Shown one piece after another: positions 52,519 through 64,000 of a DNA stretch of 64,000 nt. Below the pieces are notes generated by a model that saw only the letters and a list, made by a program, of their open reading frames with translations, was not told the origin of the DNA and did no database searches. Location of the stretch: the NCBI RefSeq assembly GCF_963921235.1, contig NC_086097.1:192760001-192824000 (forward strand), read 5' to 3'. Origin of the DNA: Mobula hypostoma (Eukaryota). Position numbers and translations under genes: made by a program. Numbering within the stretch: position 1 is the stretch's first letter; every line of letters starts with the position of its first letter.

Positions 52519-53268
52519 CAATGGATTCCAATTATTTGGGCCATCAGTTAATCAGGGCAACTCTTAAAGAACAAAAACTGATCAAGAAAATAGCTGAGAT
52601 TCCCTTTATTTATTTGGGACACTATGCTAATTAATTGAGTCAGGAGACTGTTGCCAAACAGTTACTACCTAGCACCAGTAACACACATTTGTGTGGTCAT
52701 TAGGCACCACACCATGCTTATAGCAAACAGTTTTTAAATACCTTTAGTTGCATGTTTTTCTTCAAAATACAGTGATTTTTTTTTTGTCACTAAGAGTTGA
52801 AGAGAAATAAGCAGTAAGACAATTCAGAACCGTTTTGCTTCCTGCAGTTTCAAGCATTCAGGCTCGGAGATATCAGAAACGGCCGGGAGTGCAAATGAAA
52901 TGACTCATTATTACTGCAAGTTAGGATCTGCAGAGAATTTTAAGATATTGATAATCATCTTGAGTTTCGATGAAAACAAAGATTTGGAGGATGCCACGAG
53001 GTGTCTGTACTGATTTTGTTCATTTACAGTTAATCAAAAGAACATGGCAGTGTACACTGAAGGAATTCCTGTGTTGATAACTATTAGGTATTAATACAGT
53101 TTTATAGTTCTATAGTAGTATTGATAGTGTTCTAATTTGTTGTGTATTTCATTTAAAAACAGAACTGTTACTCAATTAAAACTAATTTGTCCTTTTTATA
53201 CCTTTTTAACTATTTCCATGAAACTTCAGCTAAGGTCCCAAAGTGTCCCAATTAACTGAAATCTACAG
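52519..53268 (+). mobile_element. Tigger/pogo-like non-autonomous DNA transposon inside an old CR1
   Basis: TA at both flanks; imperfect TIRs CAATGGATTCCAATTATTTGGG / CCCAATTAACTGAAATCTACAG; internal KTIQNRFASCSF resembles pogo TIxNCF. Confidence 0.6.
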
Positions 53269-55829
53269 TAAGTTGTTTTAACTAGTAATAAACAATAGAT
53301 ATTTGTGTTCAGATGGACCTGCATGTTCATATAGAGGAAACAAAGAAAACTAATGTGCAAAATCAGCAAACCATTCAAAAAGAAAATGAAATATTGGCTT
53401 AATTGCAAGAGGGATTGAACAAGAAGCAAGAAATCTTATTTCAATTTTACAGGGGTTTAGTAAGACCAATCCTAAAGCACTGTGTGTAATTTTAGTGTCT
53501 GTTCAAAGGAAAAGATAAACTTGCTTTGTATGCAATGCAACACAGACTCTTAAGATTAATCATGGAATGAAGAGACTGTCCCAATAGAATGAGGTGGAAT
53601 AGAATGAAACAACATTCACTAGAACTTATAAGAATGAGAGAGTATAAGAAATGATTTGTTCATATATGTTTGTTGGAATTCTTTACCATCGATGAAGTTG
53701 ACCCAAGACTTCAGAGCAGGATTTGTTCTTTTCTTTTTGTGTTCATTTTAGAATGTGTCATATTTAGGGTCTGAGGTATTCTCACTGTGATCACAAACTG
53801 GTTTCCTTCTACATTTCTCAGACATGCAATGTGCTATCGTAACTTCATTCTAGAGTGTAGGTGAGTTTAAGGGACTATCAAGAGAACAAGTGGTGAAGAA
53901 AACTAGTGGAGGAATGGAATTGTTTTGTGAGTCTGCACAGGAGTATCGCCCTATGTAAGTAAGTTAAAAAAAAATCTCTTCTGAATGGCTTAAATGGTCT
54001 ATTTCTATGTTGTAAGAAAATATGGAAACCTGAGAATACAAACCTCTTTTTTTCCCCTCTTCAGGATTTTGGGACTAAATCCACCTCACCACACCCAAAG
54101 ACACCAGTGCATCTCACCCCACTATTCCTATCTCCATCTCCAGTTTGGAATTTTCCTTAGTGTTCATTTTATTTCAGTTTTTTCACTTCTCACTCACTTT
54201 CACTATCCTCAGCCTCCTCTGAGTTGTAGAAAGCCAATTTGACTGAAAGATATGTACATACAGGATGATAATTCAAAATTGCTCATCCCACTTCTGGTAA
54301 AAGCTATTGCCATTTGTGGAACAATTCCCTACTGATGCAATTAATTCCGAAACTGTAGCTCTTGGGGCTTTTAGAAAATGCTGATATAATGGAAATCTTC
54401 AACATAGCTATGTTTGAATCACTTTGAATTTCAGTCAGCATTGTTTTTGATAATATGTGCAGAATTAGTGGCAGGGGTGGTGCACAGAGCTAGATTTGGT
54501 AGAAATTGGTGATATCATTTTGAACACTTGATTTTCCTGATTGAAAGTTAGAGCAGTAAGGAGGATATTCACAGCACTGATATATTGCAACTATAAGTAC
54601 TTGCAGTGATAACAGTTCCATAGAAGGAAATATCGTCTGAGATTAAGAGACTATCCTGAATGTTGTTCTCTTCCATCTATTAACAGCAGAACAATTTGTT
54701 CAACTGATTAGATATTCAGAGAATTGCTGGCTCGCTGTCTTATAATGGATGGCATCTTGCTATCTCTCATCATTCACTATATATCACTGCAATTGTTATA
54801 ATTGTAGCATATATCATATTGGCAAAAAAGCTGCTGCAATATTTTGAAGCCAATCTGTATTAGCCGACAAGTGACAAATGTCTTTTCCATTCTTGACAAT
54901 TTTCTCCTGGTATACTACTGCACACTTTCAGTTAAAGTGGCAACTAATTGAGAAAAAGATTTGAGGTTTAGAGGAAGAATGAATGGATATATTTTTAGTA
55001 CTCTAATATTTGCTTATGAATGCCATGTTATTATGTCGCTTCCCGTCAAAAAATATTGGTAAGCATCAAAAGTTACTTTGAATGCCCAAACAAGCCAAAA
55101 CATGAGAAGCCTGAATCATTCGAGAAAGCAAAGGACTCAATCTTAAAGAGAGATACAATGCAGAAACAGGCCTTCTGACCCACTGTGTCCATGCCAACCA
55201 TCAACTATCCTTTTGCTTTCCCTGCACATTCTCATCAACATCCCCAATTCTAACACCCACTTGCACACCAGAGACAATCTACAGCAGTCAGTTAACTCAC
55301 CAACCCACATGTCACTGTGTTCCAGGAGGAAACATACTCAATCAAGGAAGAAGGTACAAGCTGCCCACAGATAGCATCTGGTGCCAGGATTAATTCTGGG
55401 TCTCTTGCTACTCAATATGAGAAAAAATAGAAAACAAAAAAGGTAAAGTGAAATCTCTTCATCAATACAAGGCCAAGTGCCTTTAAAAAATAATTCAGCC
55501 TCTTTCATCAAGGTGTAAGTTCTCTCATTATAAACCAATGAAACAGAGACAGAACATTCTGAAAACACGTAAGTCAAGACAACATATGTGGAAGGAGAAA
55601 TAAATAAAAAGATTTCTCATCTGGCATTCTTTGGCAGAACTCAAAGTACAAGTTAGTTTTGGTCGAAGAGAAGATAGGAAAGTGTTATGTTAAAAAGAAA
55701 TAGTTCTGAGATGGTAAGAGCAAATGACTCAATGGGGGAGTAGCCTGCACATTAAGCTTCTTTGTATAAAATGTCATGAATGGTAAGCATGCTAGACCAC
55801 ATGAATAAAATAAAAGAAACTGAGACAAT

Positions 55830-56384
55830 ACAGGATCTTCCAGTGGCCACACATTTTAATTCCACGTCCCAGTCCCATTCTGATATGTCTATCCACGGCC
55901 TCCTCTACTGTAAAGATGAAGCCACACTCAGGTTGGAGGAACAACACCTTATATTCCGTCTGGGTAGCCTCCAACCTGATGGCATGAACATTGACTTCTC
56001 AAACTTCCGCTAATGCCCCACCTCCCCCTCGTACCCCATCCGTTATTTATTTATATACACACATTCTTTTTCTCTCTCTCCTTTTTCTCCCTCTGTCCCT
56101 CTCACTATACCCCTTGCCCATCCTCTGGTTTTTACCCCCCCCACTTTTCTTTCTCCCTAAGCCTCCTGTCCCATGATCCTCTCATATTCCTTTTGCCGAT
56201 CAACTGCCCAGCTCTTGGCTCCATCCCTCCCCCTTCTGTCTTCTCCTATCATTTTGGATCTCCCCTACCCCTCCCATTTTCAAATCTCTTACGAGCTCTT
56301 CTTTCAGTTAGTCCTGACGAAGGATCTCGGCCCAAAATGTTGACTGTACCTCTTGTCCTCACCAGCAACTTTTATGTGTGTTGC
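55830..56384 (+). mobile_element. PLE 3' fragment (GIY-YIG C-terminus and pLTR, hammerhead degenerate)
   Basis: QDLPVATHFNS...GSLQPDGMNIDFSNFR*; hammerhead GAAA mutated to AAAA near 56334; ends at GTGTGTTGC without the tail. Confidence 0.9.
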
Positions 56385-57535
56385 AAGAAATGGTTAGTTG
56401 TGTTACTGATAGAAAGTAATAGTGACTCTTCACAGTTCAAATGATCTTTAAAGACATTGTCTGTTATCAATAAACAAACAACTAAATAGTAAAGTTAAAT
56501 TGTTTTATTTAGACATCCTTAAATCAAAGATCCTGTATCAAAATATGCTTGCTGCAAAATACATAACAGGTAATAGTTAATCTTCCCACAACCTTTTGCT
56601 GTGAGCTTAACTGCAGTTTTTGTTAATGCTCCCGGCTTTTACTACATGTTAAGTGTTAATTAAATGGAAATTGTTTTTGTTTTGTGATCAACAATATATC
56701 CAAGTGATAGCCAATGCATAAGTACTGGAATTAGAGAAACAGAACATTCAGGAAGGGATTTAGCAACCATTTCACTAATAAACAGACACTGAGAAATCAG
56801 ATTGTCTGGTTCAGTCTGCCAGATAAGTTGAATAAGTTGATAGGCTGTGGAGCAAAGACAGCTTTAAAACTCAGAAAAAATGGACCTGAACTCAGCAGGA
56901 AATTTTGAAGTTAGTCTTTTAGTTTATCCGATATAAGGTCCCGTAAAAATGTCAAGAAATCTAGCATAACCTCATATATTATTGTGCTTAGAAGTTCAAG
57001 ATCAATAGCTGGCGCCGATATTATACTTGTGGGGATATATTTCACCGAACAACTTGCACTGAATCAGCAAAAGAGTTGAAGATGGGTCAGAACTTACGGC
57101 AGAACCTAAATGAAGTATAGCAGTGTGTCTAGTGAGAGGAAATATGAGGGCATATTTACACATCTGAAGTTTGTAAATCAAAAGAGTGTGGCATGTGAAC
57201 ATGTTACGATGTGAGAGGGAGATGAGGAATGGGCATTATTGCCCATGCAATTCAGCCCACTACTAGTAACGGTGAGAGGAACAATGGCCACAATATTACC
57301 TACACCATCTCATCTATGGAGGTAAAGGCATGCCAATGTGTTTCCTTTTAGATGGGTCTTGCTGCATCCTTTTCACCTCTATGTCTGCAAGGACGAAAAT
57401 AGAATGCAGCATAGTATTGTACTGACCAGGAACAGATTTTTTGGTCCACAAAGTCTGTGCCAGATGATATTAAATTAAACTGTTGTTGTTGTTGTTGTTC
57501 GTCCTTCGTAGTCGAAGATGACCATGGCTTCAAAG

Positions 57536-60408
57536 TCAAATGGGAGATTGGTGGCTGTGGGTCCGGAGGTGACTGATGAGGCCAATCCGGGCCCTGAAGG
57601 CTCGCCCACATGTGGGACACAAGTGGGTGGGTGCTGTCATGACAGTGGATGCTGCTCGGGCCTTGCGCACAGCATGCTTTCGTTGCGCCTCGATGATGCG
57701 CCTGACTTCAGCTGCAAGGGCTCCTGTGATGATCTTGCTGCGCCAAGCTGGACGGTCTAGGACAAGCGTCTCCCACGTGTTGATGTCGACACCCAGGCCT
57801 TTGAAGGACGCTTTCAGGCAGTCTTTGTAACGTTTCTTCTGCCCCCCGACTGAGCGCTTGCCCTGACACAGTTCTCCGTACAGCAGCTGCTTAGGCAATC
57901 GGCTGTCTGGCATTCTGACCGCATGTCCAGCCCACCGGGCTTGGGCTTTCAGCAGGGGGGTATAGACGCTGCAGAGTCCAGCTCGTTCCAGGATTTCCGT
58001 GTCGGGGACTTTGTCCTGCCACCTGATGTGGAGAAGTCTGCAGAGACAGCTCAGGTGAAAATGTTTGAGCTGTTTGGCGTGTCTGCTGTAGACGGTCCAG
58101 GTCTCGCTGGCATAAAGGAGGGTGGTAAGGACCACTGCACAGTAGACCTTCAGCTTGGTGGTAAGGCTGAGTCCTCTCCGCTCCCAGACGTTCTCACGGA
58201 GTCTCCCAAAGGCGGCGCTGGCTTTGGCAATCCTGTTGTTGACCTCAGTGTCTATGTTCACTGCGCAAGAGAGTATGCTGCCCAGGTTGGTGAAGTTGTC
58301 GGCTGCCTGGAGGTTCTGGCCCTTCACCGTGATGCGCGGCTCCTGGTATGGCTTTCCTGGGGCAGGCTGGTACATAACTTTGGTCTTTTTGGTGCTGATA
58401 GTGAGACCGAAGTTGTCGCAGGCTTGTGAGAAGCAGTCCATTTCACGCTGCATCTCCTGCTCTGTGCTGGCGTTGAGTGCACAGTCATCAGCAAACAAGA
58501 AGTCTCTGATGACAGTCTCTCGCACCTTTGTAACTGCCTGCAGGCGCCTAAGGTTGAACAACCTGCCGTCAGTCCTGTTTCTGATGTGGATTCCTTCTTC
58601 GTAGTTATGGAAGGCATCTGTCAGCATTGCAGAGAATACCATACTGAACAGAGTCTGGGCAAGAACGCAGCCTTGTTTGATGCCATTTGTCACTGGGAAG
58701 GCCTCCGACTCATCGCCGTCATCCAGAACTTTCACCATCATACCGTCGTGGAACTGCTGGACGATTGTGATGAACTTGCTGGGGCAGCCAAACTTCTCCA
58801 TGATCTTCCACAAGCCTTCTCTGCTGACCGTATCGAAAGCCTTGGTTAGATCAACAAAGGTCACGAAGAGGTCGCTGTGTTGCTCCTGGCATTTTTCCTG
58901 GAGTTGGCGCGCAGCAAAAATCATGTCCGCGGTCCCACGTTCAGCACGGAAGCCGCACTGGCTTTCCGGGAGCAGACCTTGCTCAAGATGTTGGAGACGG
59001 CGGTTGAGCAGGACGCTGGCCAGAATCTTCCCCGCAATGGACAAGAGGGAGATGCCTCAGTGGTTGTCGCAAGACTGGCGGTTGCCTTTCCTCTTGTAGA
59101 TGTGGACTATGTTGGCATCTTTCAGCTGTTGCGGGACCTGTCCCTTTTTCCACATGGACTGGAAGAGAACAGTCAGCTTTTGCATCATGACAGGGCCTCC
59201 TGCTTTGTATACCTCAGCAGGGACTGCATCGGGCCCTGGCGCTTTGCCACAGGAGAGTTGCTTCACTGCCTTCCTGACTTCATCTACTGTGGGGAGGGTG
59301 TCGAGGTTCTTGTTGATCTCTACCTGGGGCCGGGGGGCAATGGCCTCGTCGTTGATGTCGGCAGGGCGGTTAAGGACGTTGTTAAAGTGCTCAGCCCACC
59401 GATCCAGAATCTGCTTCTTCTCTGTCAGCAGCTGCGTCTCATCTGCGTTGAGGAGAGGTGAAGAGCCGGAGGACTGGGATCCGTATGCAGCCTTAAGCGC
59501 ATCGTAGAAGCGCTTTATGTCGTGGCTGTCTGCATAGCCCTGGATTTCATCAGCCTTCTTGCTGAACCAGCTGTCCTGCACAAGATACCACAGATAAGGC
59601 TGTTTATCCTGTAGCTCCTCCAACACTTCAGCTCTCAGCCTGGATGGTACAACAACTCTCAATCCCCACATAAGGCAACCTCTGTCAAAGGCAAGTTCAT
59701 CCCGATGCTGGCAGTAAAAGGGGAACTGGGATTTCTGCTGCACATTCCAGCCACTTTGGATTTCATCAGCCTTCTTGCTGAACCAGCTGTCCTGCATCTC
59801 GCGAAGTTTTTTCTGCACCTTTCTTCTTGCGTTGGTAAAGGCATCTTTCTTGGCTAGCGATGTGGGGTCGTTCTGATGCGCTCTGTAATGTTGATGTTTC
59901 TCCGTTAGTAGTGCCTGTATTTCTTCATCATTCTCATCGAACCAGTCTTGGTTTCTTCAGGTTGCTGGTCTGAGATGTTCGAGGGCAGTAGTGTAGACAG
60001 CGTCTCTGAAGGCCGTCCACTGTTCCTCAACGCTGGTCCCGTCTTCCTGTGGTGTGTCTGGCAGTCTGCATTCAAGGTCATCGACGAATTCTTCTGCAAC
60101 CCTGCTGCTTTTCAGCTTGGAGACATTCAACCTCTTTGCAGTCTTCTGCCCTTGGGGTCTTCTCATGGGCAGAATGCGAAGCCTGAACTTGGACACAATG
60201 AGGTGGTGGTCGGTCCGGCAGTCGGCACCACACATGGCTCTCGTCACTCTGACATCCATCCTGTCCCTCTTCCTGGTGATGATGTAGTCAATCAGATGCC
60301 AGTGCTTCGAGCGTGGGTGCATCCATGACGTCTTCTTACGGGTGGGTAAGCGGAACAGGGTGTTGGTGATGACAAGGTCGTGTGTGGCACACGTCTTGAG
60401 GAACAGCA
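57536..60408 (-). pseudogene. RTE ORF: partial APE, RT and C-terminal C2H2 finger
   Basis: HLIDYII and TDHHL (APE); PESQCGFR, FVDLTKAFD, GIKQGCVL, LFADD (RT); CPTCGRAFRARIGLISHLRTH. One stop at 59057 and one frameshift near 59957. Confidence 0.93.
59581..59756 (-). mobile_element. Gypsy/Ty3 LTR-retrotransposon pol fragment captured inside the RTE
   Basis: RDELAFDRGCLMWGLRVVVPSRLRAEVLEEL resembles the Gypsy segment preceding the integrase zinc finger. Flanked by a perfect 40-bp RTE duplication. Confidence 0.75.
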
Positions 60409-60422
60409 CAGTCTGATCGGTC

Positions 60423-60570
60423 AGACACCCGGCCGAGGTCGAGCCGACACCGGGTCGTGAGCGCCGAGACACCCGGCCGAGGTTGAGCCGACACCGGGCC
60501 GTGAGCGCCGAGACACCCGGCCGAGGTCGAGCCGATACCGGGTCGTGAGTGCTGAGACTCCCGTCCGAGG
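60423..60570. repeat. 44-bp CpG-rich tandem repeat, about 3.4 copies
   Basis: Unit AGACACCCGGCCGAGGTCGAGCCGACACCGGGTCGTGAGCGCCG starts at 60423, 60467, 60511 and (partial) 60555. Confidence 0.95.
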
Positions 60571-62163
60571 CCGCCGAACTGACACTGGACCTATTATACA
60601 GGTATAAGGCGAGGCGGCGGCGGGCGGAGGAGGCGAGGCCCGAGACCTGCAGCTGGCCTGCCGCTCGTCGCGACCGCCGCCGCCCACCCCCGCTGCCTGG
60701 TACGGTCGGGAGCAGCTGCAGGACCCGGCGAAGGTGGAGCAGCTAGCGGGCGAAAACAAGTGAGGGGGTGGTGTCATTACCACACCACTAGGTGATCATC
60801 CCAACGGCGGAGCAGGCGGAAGAGGAAACATCTCCCGACGGCTGCAAAGGCGGATGAGGATGTCCAACAATGGGTAGGGAGGCTTGCGAGCACGCCGCAA
60901 GAACTACCGTAGACCCACAACAACATTAAATTAAACTAAATCTCTTCTGACGGCACACGATCCTTATCTCTCCATTCCCTTCATATTCATAAATATTTAA
61001 ACACCTCTTAAACACCAGAATTATATCGGCTTCCAACGACAGTTCAAAGTAAATTAATTATCTGAGTATATATGCCACAGTATGTTACACCAAGATTAAT
61101 TTTCTTAGTCATTCACAGTATTTCTAAGAAATACAATAGAATAAATGAAAAGCTGCCCACAAAGACCGACTAACAACCAATGTGTAAAAGAAGACAAACT
61201 GTGCAAATACAAAAAACAAATAATAATAATAAGTAAACAGGTAAACAGAGAACACAAGTTGCAGAGACCCAGAAAGAGTGTCCCTGTATTGAGGAATCAG
61301 TTCAGTGTTCAGATGAGTGAAGTTATCCAGGCTGGTTTATGAGCCTGATGGTTGATGGATAATAACTGTTCCTAAGAAGAATATGGTAACCTGCCTCAAC
61401 GTCCACAATCCAGTACAGCTTGCATCCACTGTGATGAAGTGCTTTAAGAGGTTGTTGATGAAATATATCAACTCCTGCCTGAGGACATGGTGAGTATCCT
61501 CCAGTTATGTGGCTTTGCTTGCGTCAGGAAGACGGTAGTGTGTCTGCATTGCAAGATGCAGGTATCAGCAAGGCCTGCAGCAGTACTACATGTCTATAAA
61601 GTAATCCTTATTTGGAGTTTATTAAATTACATAGAAAGATCAGTTTGTTACAACATTCATTGTTGTAGCTGTTAATGTGGCTTCACCATTCTCCATCATG
61701 GCTAATAAGGTCCGTTTACCGTAGTGAAAAGTTAAGAAAGACAACCATCAATTCACAGGTGGAAAATAGCTTTTGTAATTCCAAGTACCTGTACATAAAA
61801 CAATGGTTTACCCTGCCTTTTGTTGTATCAGAATGAACAAAAATGTACATGTGACAAGATCTGGACCAATTTATTCATCCACTGAATTTGTCTATTTCAT
61901 ACAGGAACAATATCCATATTTTGGGATATATCCTTTTTTTATAAAATTGTTCAGCTGGGAAAAGTGCAAACTAAAGAACAATAACACACCAATTAGATTT
62001 ATTTAAAAGCAATTGTGAAGCTCATTTAGATGCATGTAAAATATATTGAAGATGGATATTGTGATAACTTATGTACCCAGCAAAATTTTATTTCTCAGCA
62101 ATCACACAAAAAAACGGATTGTTTATTTATATTGTTTCTTCTTCAAGGACCTTCCTTTATTAG

Positions 62164-62575
62164 TTGTAGCTCAGTTCGTGGAATATTGTCTCTCAAGCAG
62201 AAGGTTGTGTTTTCAAATCTCACTCTGGAGACTTGAGTTGAAAAGTGAGGTTGACATCCACTGCATTCATCTGAGAGCTGTTCATGATTAGAGTTTTCAC
62301 CTTTTTAAGACAACATTATGTTCCCTCAAGTGATCTCACTACACTATTCCGCAGAAGAGCAGGCAAGTTATGTGCGGAATTTTTTCCTCATTCAACATCA
62401 CTGAAATTGGTTATCAGGTCATTAACACACTTGCTGCTTGTGGGAGTTTGTTGTGCACAAATGAGCTGATTTATCCTTTATTACAATTATAACCACACTG
62501 CATAATGTACCTCATTAGATATGAATTCTCCTGAAACCAACTAGGGCAGCATCATGTAAATGCAAGTCTATTATT
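62164..62575 (+). mobile_element. DeuSINE/SacSINE-like ancient SINE
   Basis: tRNA-like head GTAGCTCAGTT...TTTCAAATCTC, Deu-like core (CACTATT..AGAAGAGCAGG; GCTTGTGGGAGTTTGTTGTGCACAAAT) and L2-like tail AAATGCAAGT. Confidence 0.55.
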
Positions 62576-62869
62576 GTAAATTTCTCTCCTTCAGCCCATC
62601 ATGCCTTTATGTCCATTCTGGCCATCAACAGTCTATCTATACTAATCCCATTTGAACTGTAATCTACTAAACCATGGTGTTTCAAGTGCTCCTTGAATCT
62701 CTGTTCACTATCTCCTCAGGCATGGCATTTGAGATTTCATTATAAACCAATATCTTCAGATCACAGACACCCCTGGAAGAGTTCCTCATTATCTTCCCTA
62801 TTCCTATCACTCATAAGTTTGTACATCTCAAACTGTTCTCTGTTCCAAAGGAGGCTACTCTGGCCTATT

Positions 62870-64000
62870 CATAAGACCATAAGACATAGGAGCAGAGGTA
62901 GGCCATTCATCCCATTAAGTCTGCTCTGCCATTCAGTCACGGGCTGATCCAATTCTTCCAGTCATCCCCACTCCCTTGCCTTCTCTTCATACCCGTGATG
63001 CCTTGGCTAATCAAGAACCTATCTATCTCTGCCTTAAATACACCCAATGACATGGCCTCCACAGGCAACAAATACCACAGATTTACCACCCTCTGACTAA
63101 AGGAATTTCTCCGCATCTCTGTTCTGAATGGACATCACTCTATCCTGAAGTCATGCCCTCTTGTGCTGGACTCCCTTACCATGGGAAATAACTTCACCAT
63201 ATCTAATCTGTTCAGTCCTTTTAACATTCGAATGTTTCTATGTGATCCCACCCTCATTCTCCTGAACTCCAGGGAATACAGCCCAAGAGCTGCCAGACGT
63301 TCCTCCTGCAGTAATCCTTTCATTCCTGGAATCATTCTCATGAATCTTCTCTGAACCCTCTCCAATGTCAGTACAGTATAATCTTTCTAAAATAAGGAGC
63401 CCAAAACTGCAAACAATACTCCAAGTGTGGTCTCACGAGTGCCTTATAGACCCTCAACATCACATCCTTGCTTTTATATTGTATACCTCTAGAAATGAAT
63501 GCCAACATTGCATTCCCCTTCTTCACCACTGACTCTACCTGGAGGTTAACCTTTAGAGTATCCTGCACAAGGCTCCCAAGTCCCTTTGCATCTCTGCATT
63601 TTGACTTCTCTCCCCATCTAAATAATAGTCTTCCCATTTATTTCTTCCACCAAAATGCATGACCGTACACTTTCCAACATTGTATTTCATTTGCCATTTC
63701 TTTGCCCATTCCCCTAAACTATCTAAGTCTCTCAGCAGGCTCTCCGTTTCCTCAACACTACCCGCTCCTCCACCTATCTTTGTATCTTCGGCAAATTTAG
63801 TCACAAATCCATTAATCCCATAGTTCAAATCATTGACATGCATCGTAAGAAGCAGTGGTCCCTACGCCGACCCCTGTGGAACTCCACCGGTATCCGGCAG
63901 CCAGCCAGAATAGGATCCCTTTATTCCCACCCTCTGTTTTCTGCTGATCAGCCAATGCTCCACCCATGCTAGTAACTTCCCTGTAATTCAATGGGCTCTT
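62870..64000 (-). mobile_element. CR1 LINE running off the window edge
   Basis: KFAEDTKIGG, YKALVRPHLEYC, ERVQRRF on the minus strand; ATAAGACC-type tail near 62870. Confidence 0.92.

Larger units (their letters stand above)
57482..60924 (-). mobile_element. Young RTE-clade LINE insertion, chimeric and rearranged
   Basis: Perfect 13-bp TSD ATTAAATTAAACT (57469-57481, 60925-60937); (CAA)n tail at 57482-57499; 3' hairpin CTTCG-N4-CGAAG (57504-57517). Confidence 0.93.

Noticed and set aside
56310..56345. Functional hammerhead ribozyme
   Set aside because: Core GAAA is mutated to AAAA and the stem III palindrome is lost.
57576..59507. Several long plus-strand ORFs
   Set aside because: Antisense shadows of the GC-rich RTE ORF.
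60423..60570. CRISPR-like array
   Set aside because: Head-to-tail tandem units without unique spacers, no cas genes, eukaryotic context.
60575..60600. ACTGACAC resemblance to an RNA polymerase I initiator or rDNA spacer
   Set aside because: The match is too short and there is no rRNA sequence in the window.

Overview
Eukaryotic, repeat-rich genomic DNA. The repeat mix (many CR1 LINEs, V-SINE/HE1-like and DeuSINE-like SINEs, Neptune-type Penelope elements) suggests a cartilaginous fish; this is inference. I found no convincing host protein-coding exon, so the window is probably intronic or intergenic. It is a layered collection of mobile elements: about 10 CR1 copies (two retain an SGNH-esterase ORF1), Penelope-like elements (PLEs) with minimal hammerhead ribozyme motifs, an RTE LINE, Rex1/Babar, L1 and HERO/NeSL-type fragments, SINEs, and DNA transposons (Chapaev3-like, hAT, mariner MITE, Tigger/pogo MITE, a decayed Harbinger transposase). 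Four structures stand out. (1) A size series of fold-back PLE insertions, from 2.3 kb down to about 140 bp, shares terminal geometry, several have target-site duplications (TSDs), and one is a perfect 92-bp-arm palindrome. (2) One TSD-bounded RTE insertion carries an in-frame Gypsy pol fragment between 40-bp direct repeats plus an apparently inverted CpG-rich block with 44-bp tandem repeats. (3) A mariner MITE is built from two transposase 3' ends next to a TACAGTA footprint. (4) A Harbinger transposase fossil is invisible in the ORF track. All family calls come from motifs read by eye; no database search was run.
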